This document shows, in pieces, positions 24,672 to 37,745 of a DNA stretch of 64,000 nucleotides; within the stretch, counting starts at the first letter, position 1; the number at the start of each line of letters is the position of its first letter. The stretch covers positions 19,344,001-19,408,000 of the forward strand of contig NC_043024.1 of NCBI RefSeq assembly GCF_006345805.1. The letters run 5' to 3'. The notes below the pieces were generated by a model that saw nothing but the letters and a program-made list of their open reading frames with translations, ran no database searches and was not told the origin of the DNA. The stretch comes from Octopus sinensis. Its lineage: Eukaryota. The position numbers and the translations under genes are program-made.

Positions 24672-24722
24672 CCTTGGGATGAACCAAGAATTGTGAAATT
24701 TTGGAAATATTCTTTTGTGTGA
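24672..24722 (+). CDS. Candidate (terminal?) coding exon PWDEPRIVKFWKYSFV*
   Basis: Strong acceptor gttgtcttttattccAG; the longest open frame is frame 0, phase-compatible with 17225-17305. Confidence 0.3.
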   Translation, partial: PWDEPRIVKFWKYSFV

Positions 24723-24786
24723 AATAATGTCATAGTTACGTAATACACACATCTAAATGCCTGCATTATATATGCACTTCTTTCTG

Positions 24787-24844
<58 letters not shown>

Positions 24845-24976
24845 CATACATATATATATATAGGTGCATATATATATATATATATATGTTTATTTGTCAG
24901 CATATATGTATGAAGGTATGTGTACATATGTGTATGTATGTTTATATTTTGAATGTATGTGTGCGTATGTTTGTAA

Positions 24977-25022
<46 letters not shown>

Positions 25023-25170
25023 ATATAGATATATATGCATACACATTACTATTATGATATTTGCATGTGCGTACATGAATGTTCATGTATGTATGTGTGT
25101 ATGTATTATATACATACACATTATTATTATTATTGCCTTTATTGTTGCTACGATTATTATTATTATTATT

Positions 25171-25211
<41 letters not shown>

Positions 25212-26542
25212 TATTATTATTATTATTATAATCATTATTATTATTATTATTATTATGTACATATATTTGCATGTGTGTACAGAAATGTATATACAAGTAT
25301 GTGTGTGTATATGTATGTGGGTATAACTTGTCAAATAAAATAATAATGTTAAATAGTTGTGCAAACTGTTGGAAAGTTTTGATAAAAAGATTTATTTGAT
25401 AACAGAAAATGCTAAACTATTATTTTTTTTTTTTTAGAGATATGTTCAAAATTACACTTAAATTCATTCTCAACAATCATTTTGTTGTTGTTATTGTTAT
25501 AAATTTGCGTATCCATTGTTGTTTTTTATTTTTGTTGTGACAAACCTCTTACATATGTTTTTTTTCTTTATTTCATTTTAGGTAAGACTTTGTTTTATTA
25601 AATTTGTCAGCTTAGATTCAAGGAATTATTCATGTAAATTTTTTACAAAAGCCTTCTTTACTCCGTACAGTAAGTAGTTCTTCCTTTTATTACCAATTTT
25701 TTTGGTTCTTTTTTTGATTTTTAAATCAATTGAATTCTGTTTTTTTTTTAAGAATATTTTTGCTGTAACAATTTTTTTACTGCATTTCTGATTGACTTGG
25801 TAATCCCCAACTACGAGATAAAAATAGATTATCAAAAAAAAAAAACAACACAAAACCAAAATACCCCTTTGATATAAATTGCTTACCAGCAGGATTAGGA
25901 AATTTTCATAAACAATTTGTTTATGAAAACTTTATCAGGAAAGAGACTTTGAGGAGCAAAACAAAACATTTTTGAAATTGTGAAAAATTTGAGCACACAC
26001 ATAAACAAAAATATGGACGTATGTGTAAATTTCTTTATGTGTGTAGATGTATAAACATCAGTGTCTTTAAGTGAATTTATCAAGGGCCCTCTTCTTCTCA
26101 CAGACTAAACATACAAATGTGTATATTTGCAAGGATTGGCAGCATCTGCAACTTTGAATATTTGTCAAAAAATGCTGAAGAGTGCCTTCATCATGAAATT
26201 GAACACGAAGATTAGAAAGGCTTTACTCTTTTCTCTTTTACTCTTTTACTTGTTTCAGTCATTGACTGCGGCCATGCTGGAGCACCGTAAACGAAACAAT
26301 TTTTTTTAAATAATGCAAAATTCAAACATACACACATACACATGTGTACGTGTATTTGCTACTACAGTTAGATATAAAAGAATATCAGTGTGTCTTAGTA
26401 AATTTAAGAAGGGCTCTCTTCTTAAAGACTAAATATGATGCCAACGTTTATATTTGTAAGGATAAACTGCTTCTGTAGTCTTGAATATTTGTTGTAATTT
26501 GGTGAATGAGTGCATTTGACATGAATAGAAATATGAAGCAGA

Positions 26543-26713
26543 GATGCAGGAGTGGCTGTGTGGTAAGTAGCGTGCTAACCAACCACATGGTTCCAGGTTC
26601 AGTCCCACTGCATGGCATCTTGGGCAAGTGTCTTCTGCTATAGCCCCGGGCCGACCAAAGCCTTGTGAGTGGATTTGGTAGACGGAAACTGAAAGAAGCC
26701 TGTCGTATATATG

Positions 26714-26744
<31 letters not shown>

Positions 26745-26960
26745 TTGCGTGTCTGTGTTTGTCCCCCTAGCATTGCTTGACAACCGATACTGGTGTGTTT
26801 ATGTCCCCGTCACTTAGCGGTTCGGCAAAAAGAGACCGATAGAATAAGTACTGGGCTTACAAAGAATAAGTCCCGGGGTCGATTTGCTCGACTAAAGGCG
26901 GTGCTCCAGCATGGCCGCAGTCAAATGACTGAAACAAGTAAAAGAGTAAAAGAGTAAAGA
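26543..26960 (+). mobile_element. SINE family A, full length
   Basis: gcaggagtggctgtgtggtaag head to (aaagagt)n tail. Confidence 0.9.
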
Positions 26961-27084
26961 GTATGCAATCAGCTTTTTATAAATATTTAACAATGATGCA
27001 ATCTTACACAACCAAAGCAAAAAAAAAACGATGAAACCATGAGTGTGAAATTTCTTTAACTCTTTAACATTTAAGCCAGCCACT

Positions 27085-27280
27085 GGCTTGGCTGGCTTTG
27101 TGTTCTTGCTTTATAGAGCCGGGGTCATTCCAAGTTAGTGATCCTCGAAGTATCATCATACGCAGAGCTGACCAGGTCAGCCAGTGCTCTCCATTGCTGG
27201 TGGTGGTGGTCACATGCCAGCTCCTCTGCATCCTTCAAAGTGATGCCAAGCCTCTGGAAATCTCACCCAATTACATCCAG
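27085..27280 (-). mobile_element. RTE-like LINE 3' fragment inserted in a family-2 MITE (27055-27530)
   Basis: Minus translation LDVIG*DFQRLGITLKDAEELACD..QWRALADLV resembles RTE C-termini; MITE halves lie on both sides. Confidence 0.6.
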
Positions 27281-28607
27281 TCCAAATATTCAACATGCTT
27301 TATTCTAAAACTGACCAGGACTCAACCTCTCACACCTATCCTATGAGTCATTTTTAAAATATGCAACCACACCTATTTCTTTATTTTTTTTTTTTACCTA
27401 TTTCTTTATTAAAACTATACAACCACACCATTGATATCTTGAAGCTATAAGATAATCCATGATTAATTCAAAGCAATGTGAACGAATAAGCATTGCATTT
27501 GACAAAGAAATCTGAATCCAAAAGGGTTGATTCTATTGCAAAATCATTAAAAAATATATATTTGACTCAATATTGACCAACATTTCCCAATGAAGGGCAT
27601 TGTCCAAATGCTGGATTTTCCACTCACCATTGCAAATTCACTGTAAACTTTCAATCGATTTTACAAAAATTGTGTGTCTGTGTGTGTCTGTGTGTGTGTG
27701 TGTGTGAGTGAATGCATATGGCCTGGTGATTAAGTAATTGTATTCATCATTGATAGATCATAAGATCGATTCCTGGACTGGGTGGCTCATTGTGTTCTTG
27801 AGCAAAACACTTCATTTCACGTTGCTCCAGTCCACTCAGCTGTAAATGGATAACCTTATCCTTATGACAGAATAGCCTTCTGATCAGAGGGAGTTTTGGC
27901 TTACTCACCTAGCCAGTGAGGTTGCATCATTAGAATGCTAAAACAATGCAGAGTGCATTGTGACCAGCGATGTATAACAACATTTGATACCATGATGCAG
28001 TGATATAAATATATAGGTATGATTGGATGTGCTTGATGCTCAACAATTACATCACATGGGTTTCTGCTCTGGTGTTAAATACGTTAAACTCTTACCATCA
28101 GTTGTACCTGCAGGTTGTCTGTATCTCAGAGTGGGCTATGATGTAATACGAATAACACAATAATAATAAGAGGACCTGGGCATAACTTCATACTCCTTTA
28201 TTCCACTCCTAACATATGCTTCAGTAATCAGCAACAATCAAATATCTGACAGTGTTTTGTCAGATATAGCTCCATGCTGGCCCTATAAGGTGAGTCTACA
28301 CGTAGCATCTATAGTGTGACATAATGTTGCTGGCTACTGAAACATATGTAACAACTGGAATAAAGAAGTACCAAGTTTTGCCCATGCTCTTTTCTTTTAT
28401 GTTAACTAGCAGGGCCTGTGAATATTTCACAGAATTAATGGTAAGCCTAATGGGTTATTTCTGAAAACTTTATCCCAAAAACCTGAAAGCATTGCCTATG
28501 TTGTGTTAGTATCAAAAGATAGTTGCTCATCTGTTAATCACTGAAAAGCAAAGGAAATTGGAATATGATGAATACTGAATGCACTTTATACTTACATTTT
28601 ATATACA

Positions 28608-29000
28608 CTAGCAGTATCGCCCGGCGTTGCTCAGGTTTGTTTCAACCCTCTAGAATTGGAATTTTTGAAAAGTAAAAATTTTGCATTATGTAGCTTATTA
28701 TTCTCTTTAAGTTAACATTTTTCTGGTTGAAATACACCGAAAAATGGCGACACAGCAGTCAAAAAATCGTAAAAAACAGGGATTTTCATAGAAAAAAAAG
28801 CACCTTTTTGATGTAAATAATTTTTCATGTTAACATGGTCCGATTTGAATTTTTTCTTCTACGGAAAGAAGAGCAAGCCTTCTTCTATCATACTCTCAAT
28901 TTTGGTCAACTTGTGCCGCAGGGTCTCGGAGGAGATAGTGTTAGTTGAAGGCTACCAAACCTGCCATACACAGACAACTTCAGCTTTATATATATAGAGA
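28608..29000 (-). mobile_element. Non-autonomous Helitron
   Basis: Minus strand starts A|TCTCTATATATATAAAG and ends with hairpin CCTGAGCAACGCCGGG then CTAG|T. Confidence 0.75.
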
Positions 29001-29259
29001 TTATGCTCAATTTTATAGCACTCTCCTTCTTCATCTCTCTCTTTGCCTTGCTCTCTTTTTCTTTCTCCTTTTTCCTTTGCTCTTTGCCTTTCCCTTCAAC
29101 TAATCATGTGAAAGCATTATGGACAGGCAAAGTAAAAGGCAAAAAACTTAGTTAAAAAAAATTACATATTTCACTCACCACCACCTCTCTTTCCTGCTTC
29201 ATTAATTATGTGAAAGTGTTATGGATGGGCAAAGTAACAGAGGAACAGGCAGAATTATT

Positions 29260-29481
29260 ACTCTTTTACTCTTTTACTTGTTTCAGTCATTTGACTGCAG
29301 CCATGCTGGAGCACCACCTTTAGTCGAGCAAATCGACCCCAGGACTTATTCTTTGTAAGCCTAGTACTTATTCTATCAGTCTCTTTTGCCGAACCGCTAA
29401 GTTACAGGAACATAAACACACCAGCATCGGTTGTCAAGCGATGTTGGGTTGACAAACACAGACCCACACACATATGCACAC

Positions 29482-29526
<45 letters not shown>

Positions 29527-29670
29527 CAACGGGCTTCTTTCAGTTACCGTCTACCAAATCCCTTTCACAAGGCCTTGTAAAAGACACTTGCCCAAGGTGG
29601 CATGCAGTGGGACTGAACTCGGAACCATGTGGCTGGTAAGCAAGCTACTTACCACACAGCCACTCCTACA
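29260..29670 (-). mobile_element. SINE family A, full length
   Basis: Reverse complement match to family A. Confidence 0.9.
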
Positions 29671-29812
29671 CCTATTATGAGATTATATATATATATTTAA
29701 ATGTGTTTGTTCTACACTCACAAAACCTTTAGTGATGTGGAGCCAGGTCAAACTAATATCAGATTTGTGCGTGTATGTATGTGTGTGTATGTGTGTATGT
29801 GTATGTATGTGT

Positions 29813-29852
<40 letters not shown>

Positions 29853-30161
29853 TTCAGTAAGATTGAGGTTACTAAAACAACTAGAGAATTCAACAACCAA
29901 ACTAACAGAGGAACAATTTCTTTTGCAACATAATTGGACAGTATTTACGAGTGTTGCCCAAATTGTATTCAAATTTATGACTGGTTATTTGGAAGAATAT
30001 TTTTGTTACTATGCATAATATTATGGAATATGGCGTACATGCAATGATGGTGGTTTGACTTTTAACCAAGTTATTGATGCAGAGACAAAATAATGAAATG
30101 AATATTAATTTTAAAAAGAAAATATATTTATTAAATTAAAATAATATGAAGCAAACATAAG

Positions 30162-30558
30162 CGTAGGAGTGGCTGTGTGGTAAGTAGCTTGCTTACCAAC
30201 CACATGGTTCCGGGTTCAGTCCCACTGCGTGGCACCTTTGGCAAGTGTCTTCTACTATAGCCTCGGGCCGACGAAAGCCTTGTGAGTGGATTTGGTAGAC
30301 GGAAACTGAAAGAATCCCGTCGTATGTATGTATATGAATATTTATATGTGTGTGTTTGTGTGTCTGTGTTCGTCCCCCCAACATCGCTTGACAACCAAAG
30401 CTGGTGTGTTTATGTCCCCATAACTTAGTGGTTCAGCAAAAGAGACCGATAGAATAAGTACTAGGCTAACAAAAATAAGTCCTGGGGTCAATTTGCTTGA
30501 CTAAAAGCAGTGCTCCAGCATGGCCACAGTCAAATGACTGAAACAAGTATAAGAGTAA
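30162..30558 (+). mobile_element. SINE family A, full length
   Basis: Family A head, central repeat and tail. Confidence 0.9.
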
Positions 30559-30908
30559 ACAAATTTCTCTTTTGCATTCTCACTCTGTCATTTAATCCTT
30601 TGCTGATTCTTTGGTTCTTGCTCTGAATTTGTAACATTCCTTTACTCGTCACCTTTACAAGGCTGTCAGCTGGCAGAATCGTTAGCACACCGAATGAAAT
30701 GCTTAGTGGTATTTCGCCTGCCGCTACGTTCTGAATTTAAATTCCGCTGAGGTCGACTTTGCCTTTCGTTGATTAAATAAGTACCAGTTACGCACTGGGG
30801 TCAATGTAATTGGCTTAATCCCTTTGTCTGTCCTTGTTTGTCTCCTCTATGTTTAGCCCCTTGTAGGCAATAAAGAAATAAGAAACTGAAAGAAGCCTGA
30901 TGTTGTAT

Positions 30909-30959
<51 letters not shown>

Positions 30960-30988
30960 TATAAGCTTAAAGCTTATAAGCGACCTCC

Positions 30989-31107
30989 GTGCAATGACTA
31001 AAGAAAATAGTCTAATAATGGGGTATATAAACCTTCAACAGAAAAACGTAGGGCTTATATATCCCACTATTAGATTATTTTCTCTCGTCATTGCACAATG
31101 ATCCCAT
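30989..31107. repeat. Imperfect hairpin (~46-bp arms)
   Basis: gtgcaatgactaaagaaaatagtctaataatggggtatataaacc versus the reverse complement of agggcttatatatcccactattagattattttctctcgtcattgcac; the loop ends in AAAAAC-GTA-GGG. Confidence 0.75.
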
Positions 31108-31589
31108 ATTAGCTCTAAGCTTATAAAATATCATCGTTATTATTTAAGGAATTACAAAAATTGATGCTGCTTACCAAAAACCATCGCAGATATATATATA
31201 TATATATATATATCAATCATCATCATCATCATCATCATCGTTTAACGTCTGTTTTCCATGCTAGCATGGGTTGGACGGTTTTGACTGAGGGATGGCAACT
31301 AGATGGCTGCACCAGGCTCCAGTCTTGATCTGGCATAGTTTCTACAGCGGGATGCCCTTCCTAACGCCAACCACTCCAAGAGTGTAGAGGGTGCTTTCTA
31401 CATGCCACCTGCATGGGGCCAGTCAGGTGGTACTGGCAATGACCTTGCTTGAATCTTTTTACATGTGCCAGTGCCCTATGCTAAACTTTTTGCTGTATCA
31501 CGAAATGCAGTGAATGGCTTTCTTATGGGTATGTTTGCAGCATATTTGAATTCCTTCAGCTTTGAAGACATCACTGCTTAAGGCTTCTT

Positions 31590-32470
<881 letters not shown>

Positions 32471-32622
32471 AAATAAATATAAGAGAGTGGTCACTATATG
32501 GCTCACTCTACCACCAGTTAATCCAAAAGTTTCAACCACAAAATACATGTTTCCCATGAAAGTCAGTACGATTGTTAGCTCACACACGGACAGGGCAAAT
32601 AAAAATAACAAAAATACAGATA

Positions 32623-32704
32623 TTTTGGGACAATTGTTTCGCTATTAATGAATTAAATGTAATTTTACTTACAAAAAAATCCACTTGTAGCTCGTCAGCC
32701 AAAA
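32623..32704 (-). ncRNA. Type I hammerhead ribozyme, canonical (copy A)
   Basis: Minus strand TTTTGG-CTGACGA-GCTA(long loop)TAGC-GAAAC-aatt-GTC-CCAAAA. Confidence 0.9.
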
Positions 32705-33157
32705 CTATCTGGATGAAATCCACTCAATCACACGCCAGATTTTACCATAACGATAATACGCGTGTGGTTCAATTGATTACATCCGACGTTATAATTCAAA
32801 TGCCCCAACTAACAGCGCGCCAAACTTTCACGGAAAAAACAAATACAGCATTTAGAAATAAATGCAGCATAATTATAATTAATTAATAAGGGTGAGAGAA
32901 TTAGATACTAATTTAATAGTATATCTATTCAACACCAAGTGGCCTAGTGCTCCGAGAAACCTGGATTATTATAATATTTTATAATATATTACAATATTTT
33001 TACAAAATAAATATAGAGAGTGGTCACTATATGGCTCACTCTAGCACCAGTTAATCCAAAAGGTTTCAACCACAAAAATACATGTTTCCCATGAAAGTCA
33101 GTACGATTGTTAGCTCACACGGACAGGGCAAATAAAAAATAACAAAAATACAGATTA

Positions 33158-33239
33158 TTTTGGGACAATTGTTTCGCTATTAATGAATTAAATGTAATTT
33201 TACTTACAAAAAAATCCACTTGTAGCTCGTCAGCCAAAA
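33158..33239 (-). ncRNA. Type I hammerhead ribozyme, canonical (copy B)
   Basis: Same motif as copy A. Confidence 0.9.
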
Positions 33240-33722
33240 CTATCTGGATGAAATCCACTCAGTCCCAAAATAATCTGTATTTTTGTTATTTTTTATTTGC
33301 CCTGTCCGTGTGAGCTAACAATCGTACTGACTTTCATGGGAAACATGTATTTTTGTGGTTGAAACCTTTTGGATTAACTGGTGCTAGAGTGAGCCATATA
33401 GTGACCACTCTCTTATATTTATTTTGTAAAAATACTGTAATATATTATAAAATTATAATAATCCAGGTTTCTCGGAGCACTAGGCCACTTGGTGTTGAAT
33501 AGATATACTATTAAATTAGTATCTAATTCTCTCACCCTTATTAATTAATTATAATTATGCTGCATTTATTTCTAAATGCTGTATTTGTTTTCCGTGAAAG
33601 TTTGGCGCGCTGTTAGTTGGGGCATTTAATTATAACGTCGGATGTAATCAATTGAACCACACGCGTATTTATCGTTATGGTAAAATCTGGCGTGTGATTG
33701 AGTGGATTTCACATCCAGATAG

Positions 33723-33803
33723 TTTTGGCTGACGAGCTACAAGTGGATTTTTTTGTAAGTAAAATACATTTAATTCATTAATAGCGAAACAATTGTCCCA
33801 AAA
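33723..33803 (+). ncRNA. Type I hammerhead ribozyme, canonical (copy C)
   Basis: TTTTGG-CTGACGA-GCTA...TAGC-GAAAC-AATT-GTC-CCAAAA; predicted cleavage after 33797. Confidence 0.9.
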
Positions 33804-34271
33804 TAATCTGTATTTTTGTTATTTTTTATTTGCCCTGTCCGTGTGAGCTAACAATCGTACTGACTTTCATGGGAACATGTATTTTTGTGGTTGAAACCTT
33901 TTGGATTAACTGGTGCTAGAGTGCCATATAGTGACCACTCTCTTATATTTATTTTGTAAAAATATTGTAATATATTTAAAATATTATAATAATCCAGGTT
34001 TCTCTTCGGAGCACTAGGCCACTTGGTGTGAATAGATATACTATTAAATTAGTATCTAATTCTCTCACCTCTTTATTAATTAATATAATATATATATTAT
34101 ATTTATATATATAATATAATATATATATATATATATTTATATATATATTATATATATAATAATATATATATATTTATATATATATATATTATATTTATAA
34201 TATTTAATATATATATATATATATCTATATATATATATGTGTTAGTAGGTTTGGAGATGATGCACAGGTAT

Positions 34272-34579
34272 TATATATTAGAAGAAATTATGTACTGTAC
34301 TGTACTCAGAAATCTGGATGGTTTTATATTTACAGATATTTATTAATACGTCACATGTTTATTAATATGCCACATGTTTATTAATTTGCCACATGTTTAT
34401 TAATTTGCCACATGTTTTATTGATATGCCACATGTTTTGGTGATTTGCCACATGTTTATTAATTTGTCACACGTTTATTAATATGCCACATGTTTATTAA
34501 AAACATGTGACATATTAATAAATATCTGTAAATATAAAACCATCCAGATTTCTGAGTACATAATTTCTTCTAATATATA
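34272..34579. repeat. Foldback element: ~80-bp inverted arms around ~8 copies of a 19-bp minisatellite
   Basis: Arms 34272-34360 and 34501-34579; internal unit cacatgtttattaat(a/t)tgc. Confidence 0.8.
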
Positions 34580-34715
34580 TATATATGATAACAAAATAAT
34601 AAATAAAACATATGCATATATACATATGTACATATATGTATGTATATATGCATATGTTTTATTTGTTATTTTGTTATTATATGATCGAACGCCATGCATC
34701 CACTTCCAAGTAAGT

Positions 34716-34750
<35 letters not shown>

Positions 34751-34959
34751 ATGTAATAATTAGGATTCAAATGAATCAGGCACTTAAATAATAAGGCACC
34801 GGGTTGGGTGGAAAAGCAAAATGTGCACGCAACAAAAATAGAGGAGTATATACGTGGATACCGAATTACAGGCAGAAAGATATTCAGGTTATATATATAA
34901 TATATGATAGAGTAGATCAATAGCCCTGAGACTAAAGAAGAAACACACATTGTACTAAA

Positions 34960-35280
34960 TGCACAGTCCATAATATATTTTGGGAAAGTTTACGAAAATA
35001 AGCAAAAGACGAAGGCAGGTGGAGTACAAACAAACAAATGTATTAGTATAGCGCTCAGGAATAGAAATAGAAAAAGTCTTTTACATTTCGAGCCTATGCT
35101 CTTCGGCAGAAAGATACACAGAAAAAAACAAGGGGAGAAAAAATGTGTGTAGGAGCTAACGATCGATCATGACATGTAGGAGTTAACGATCTATCATGGC
35201 GTGTAGGAGCTAACAATCTATCATGGCATGTAGGAGCTAACGATCTATCATGGCGTGTAGGAGCTAATGATCTATCATGG
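34960..35280 (-). mobile_element. Penelope-like remnant with variant hammerhead (35078-35113) and 5x27-bp minisatellite (35147-35280)
   Basis: Minus strand CTTT-CTGCCGA-aGAGC atag GCTC-GAAAT-GTA-AAAG; homologous to 44100-44280; repeat unit gtgtaggagctaacgatctatcatggc. Confidence 0.6.
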
Positions 35281-35992
35281 TCTCACTTTGATCCTATATT
35301 CTACCACTACCAACTCGTACCTTTCCTCGACGGACACTACCACTCCATTGGATTTTTTTACCTCTAAGGACACCTACCCTCTGGCAGCACCTCTCCTACA
35401 TGGATCAAAGTGACTTTGTTATTGACATAATATATTTTGGATCTACAAAAGGAGCAGGTTCCAAAAGAGGTGAACAATAAGTGAATAGCAACAGACGGAT
35501 ACAATATCAGTTCACTACAGCTGTTTCCAATGAGTTTCTTAATTGATTAATGGAGACATTACTTCATTATGCAAGAACTATTTTCGTCATATGAATACAT
35601 GAACGACAACATTTAGAAACATTCAAAAGATAGAAACCAGTAAAAGATAAAAGATAAACGGCAGTTTTTAAAATGTTTCACACAAATCATTGTTTGAAGA
35701 TGAAGCAAGGACAAATATTAACAAAATCAGCTTCTATCTTGATTTAATTTTAATCAAGATGGAAACTGTATAAGCTGTATTGAGGAGAGGTAAACATGGT
35801 TAAACAATGTTTAGTTCAACCAAACAAAGACATTGAAACCAATGAAACTATGATTTTTTTCTAAAAACAAAAACCAAAGTGAAACTAAAGATAGTTATTT
35901 TTTATAAATGCTAAAGTTTCATTTAATTAACGAATTTTTGCAACAGGCAGTTTTGTACTGAGAATTAACACTCTGATGAAAGAAAAAGAAAT

Positions 35993-36405
35993 TAGGAGTG
36001 GCTGTGTGGTAAGTAGCTTGCTTACCAACCACATGGTTCCGGGTCCCACTGCGTGGCATCTTGGGCAAGTGTCTTTTGCTATAGCCCCGGGCCAACCAAT
36101 GCCTTGTGAGTGGATTTGGTAGATGGAAACTGAAAGAAGCCTGTCGTATATATGTATATACATATATATATAAATGTGTGTGTGTGTTTGTGTGTCTGTG
36201 TTTGTCCCTCTAGCATTGCTTGACAACCGATGCTGGTGTGTTTACGTCCCTGTCACTTATCGGTTCGGCAAAAAGAGACCGATAGAATAAGTACTGGGCT
36301 TCCAAAGAATAAGTCCCGGGGTCGATTTGCTCGACTAAAGGCGGTGCTCCAGCATGGCCGCAGTCAAATGACTGAAACAAGTAAAAGAGTAAAAGAGTAA
36401 AAGAG
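35993..36405 (+). mobile_element. SINE family A, full length
   Basis: Family A consensus with (aaagagt)n tail. Confidence 0.9.
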
Positions 36406-36555
36406 TATATGTAGGTACAGGTTTGGCTGTGTGGTTAAGAAGCTTGCTTTGCAACCCTGTGGTTTTGGGTTCAGTCCTACTCTGTGGCAACTTGGTCAAG
36501 TGGCTTCTACTATAGCCCAGGTGAATTTCTTAGATGGAAAGTGTATGGAAGCTCA

Positions 36556-36599
<44 letters not shown>

Positions 36600-36602
<3 letters not shown>

Positions 36603-37030
36603 TTTAGATACAAACCTTGAATCTACTACACTCTATATAAATTCCCTACTGGGAATGACCAACTTTAAGAGAATCTTACATTGCTTATAAACTTAATTTC
36701 TGGATGGACTCATATTAAACTCTGTTGGACTTTTGGATTTTACTCAAAGGATATTGGAATAATACACATATATACCATTATGCCTATAAAACGGATTTAT
36801 GAATTCAATAACCATACATATCTTACATCTATTTTCTTTCCTCCACCTCACTCTCTATTTTGTATCACATCTAAACTAACTATGACTTAACTTTTCCTCT
36901 CACACCGTCTCCGATGAAGCGATATTATTATTAATTAATATTCTAGAAACAGCTGTAAGACCTTCTCTCTATAAATCCTGTAATATCTACATAGCCTTGG
37001 ATTTTTATCTCATTATGCAAAAAATTCATA
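36600..37030 (+). mobile_element. Penelope-like terminal fragment with hammerhead (36907-36961)
   Basis: GTCT-CCGATGA-agc(GATATT..AATATT)cta-GAAAC-agct-GTA-AGAC; same family as 19170-19460; (TA)n flanks. Confidence 0.7.
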
Positions 37031-37705
37031 TATATATATATATAAGGGTAAAGCCCTTACCTCATCCCTGTGGTCATGAATGACCATGGAAAGTGCTCCT
37101 AGAAAGTTCTCCTTTGTGGCACAAGTCCAAGTAAGGTTGTTTGTGGAAAAGAGCCCAACCAAATGATTGCCAGACAACATAAGGCAACATAAGTTCTGGG
37201 GTCAAATTGTTTGTAGAAACTACTGGGTGCAGGCATGGCAGTGTGAGTGGATTTGGTAGAAGGAAACTGAAAGAAGCCTGTCATATATATGTATCTATTT
37301 ATGTGTATGTGTCTGTGCTTGTCCCTCCAGCTCCATCATTGCTCAACAACTGATGTTGGTGTGAGGAATCACCTCTTCAAGGTGATTCCTCAGTATGGCC
37401 AGTCTAATGAGTAAAACAAGAAGACAAAAAAATAATAAAACATGTTGGCGTTTTCTTTAATTCTTTCATTATCTTACTTGTTTCTGTCATTTGACTGTGG
37501 CCATACTGGAGCAGAGCCTTAGAATATTTTTTGGGTTGAAGAAATTGATCCCAGGATTTATTCTTTGTAAGCCTAGTACTTATTATATCAGTGTCAGGGA
37601 CATAAACACACCAACATCAGTTGTCGAGCAATGATGGGGCAGGAGGGACAAACACAGACACATACACATAAATATATACATATTTGTTTGGGTTAAGGGC
37701 TTTAC

Positions 37706-37745
<40 letters not shown>

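Noticed and set aside
26172-26205. CTGAAGA...GAAA hammerhead-like string (similar cases at ~38740 and ~45470)
   Set aside because: No valid stem I or stem III and no NUH triplet; chance or too decayed to call.
28263-28439. Two tiny plus-strand exon-like segments (28263-28288, 28412-28439) and others at 23120-23153 and ~31510
   Set aside because: Too short to distinguish from chance, and phases do not chain into one ORF.
32572-32886. 104-aa ORF inside the 533-nt repeat
   Set aside because: TTG start, not preserved in sister copies because of indels, and no recognisable motif.
35147-35280. Five 27-bp repeats superficially CRISPR-like
   Set aside because: Units are contiguous with no spacers, the context is eukaryotic and there are no cas genes.
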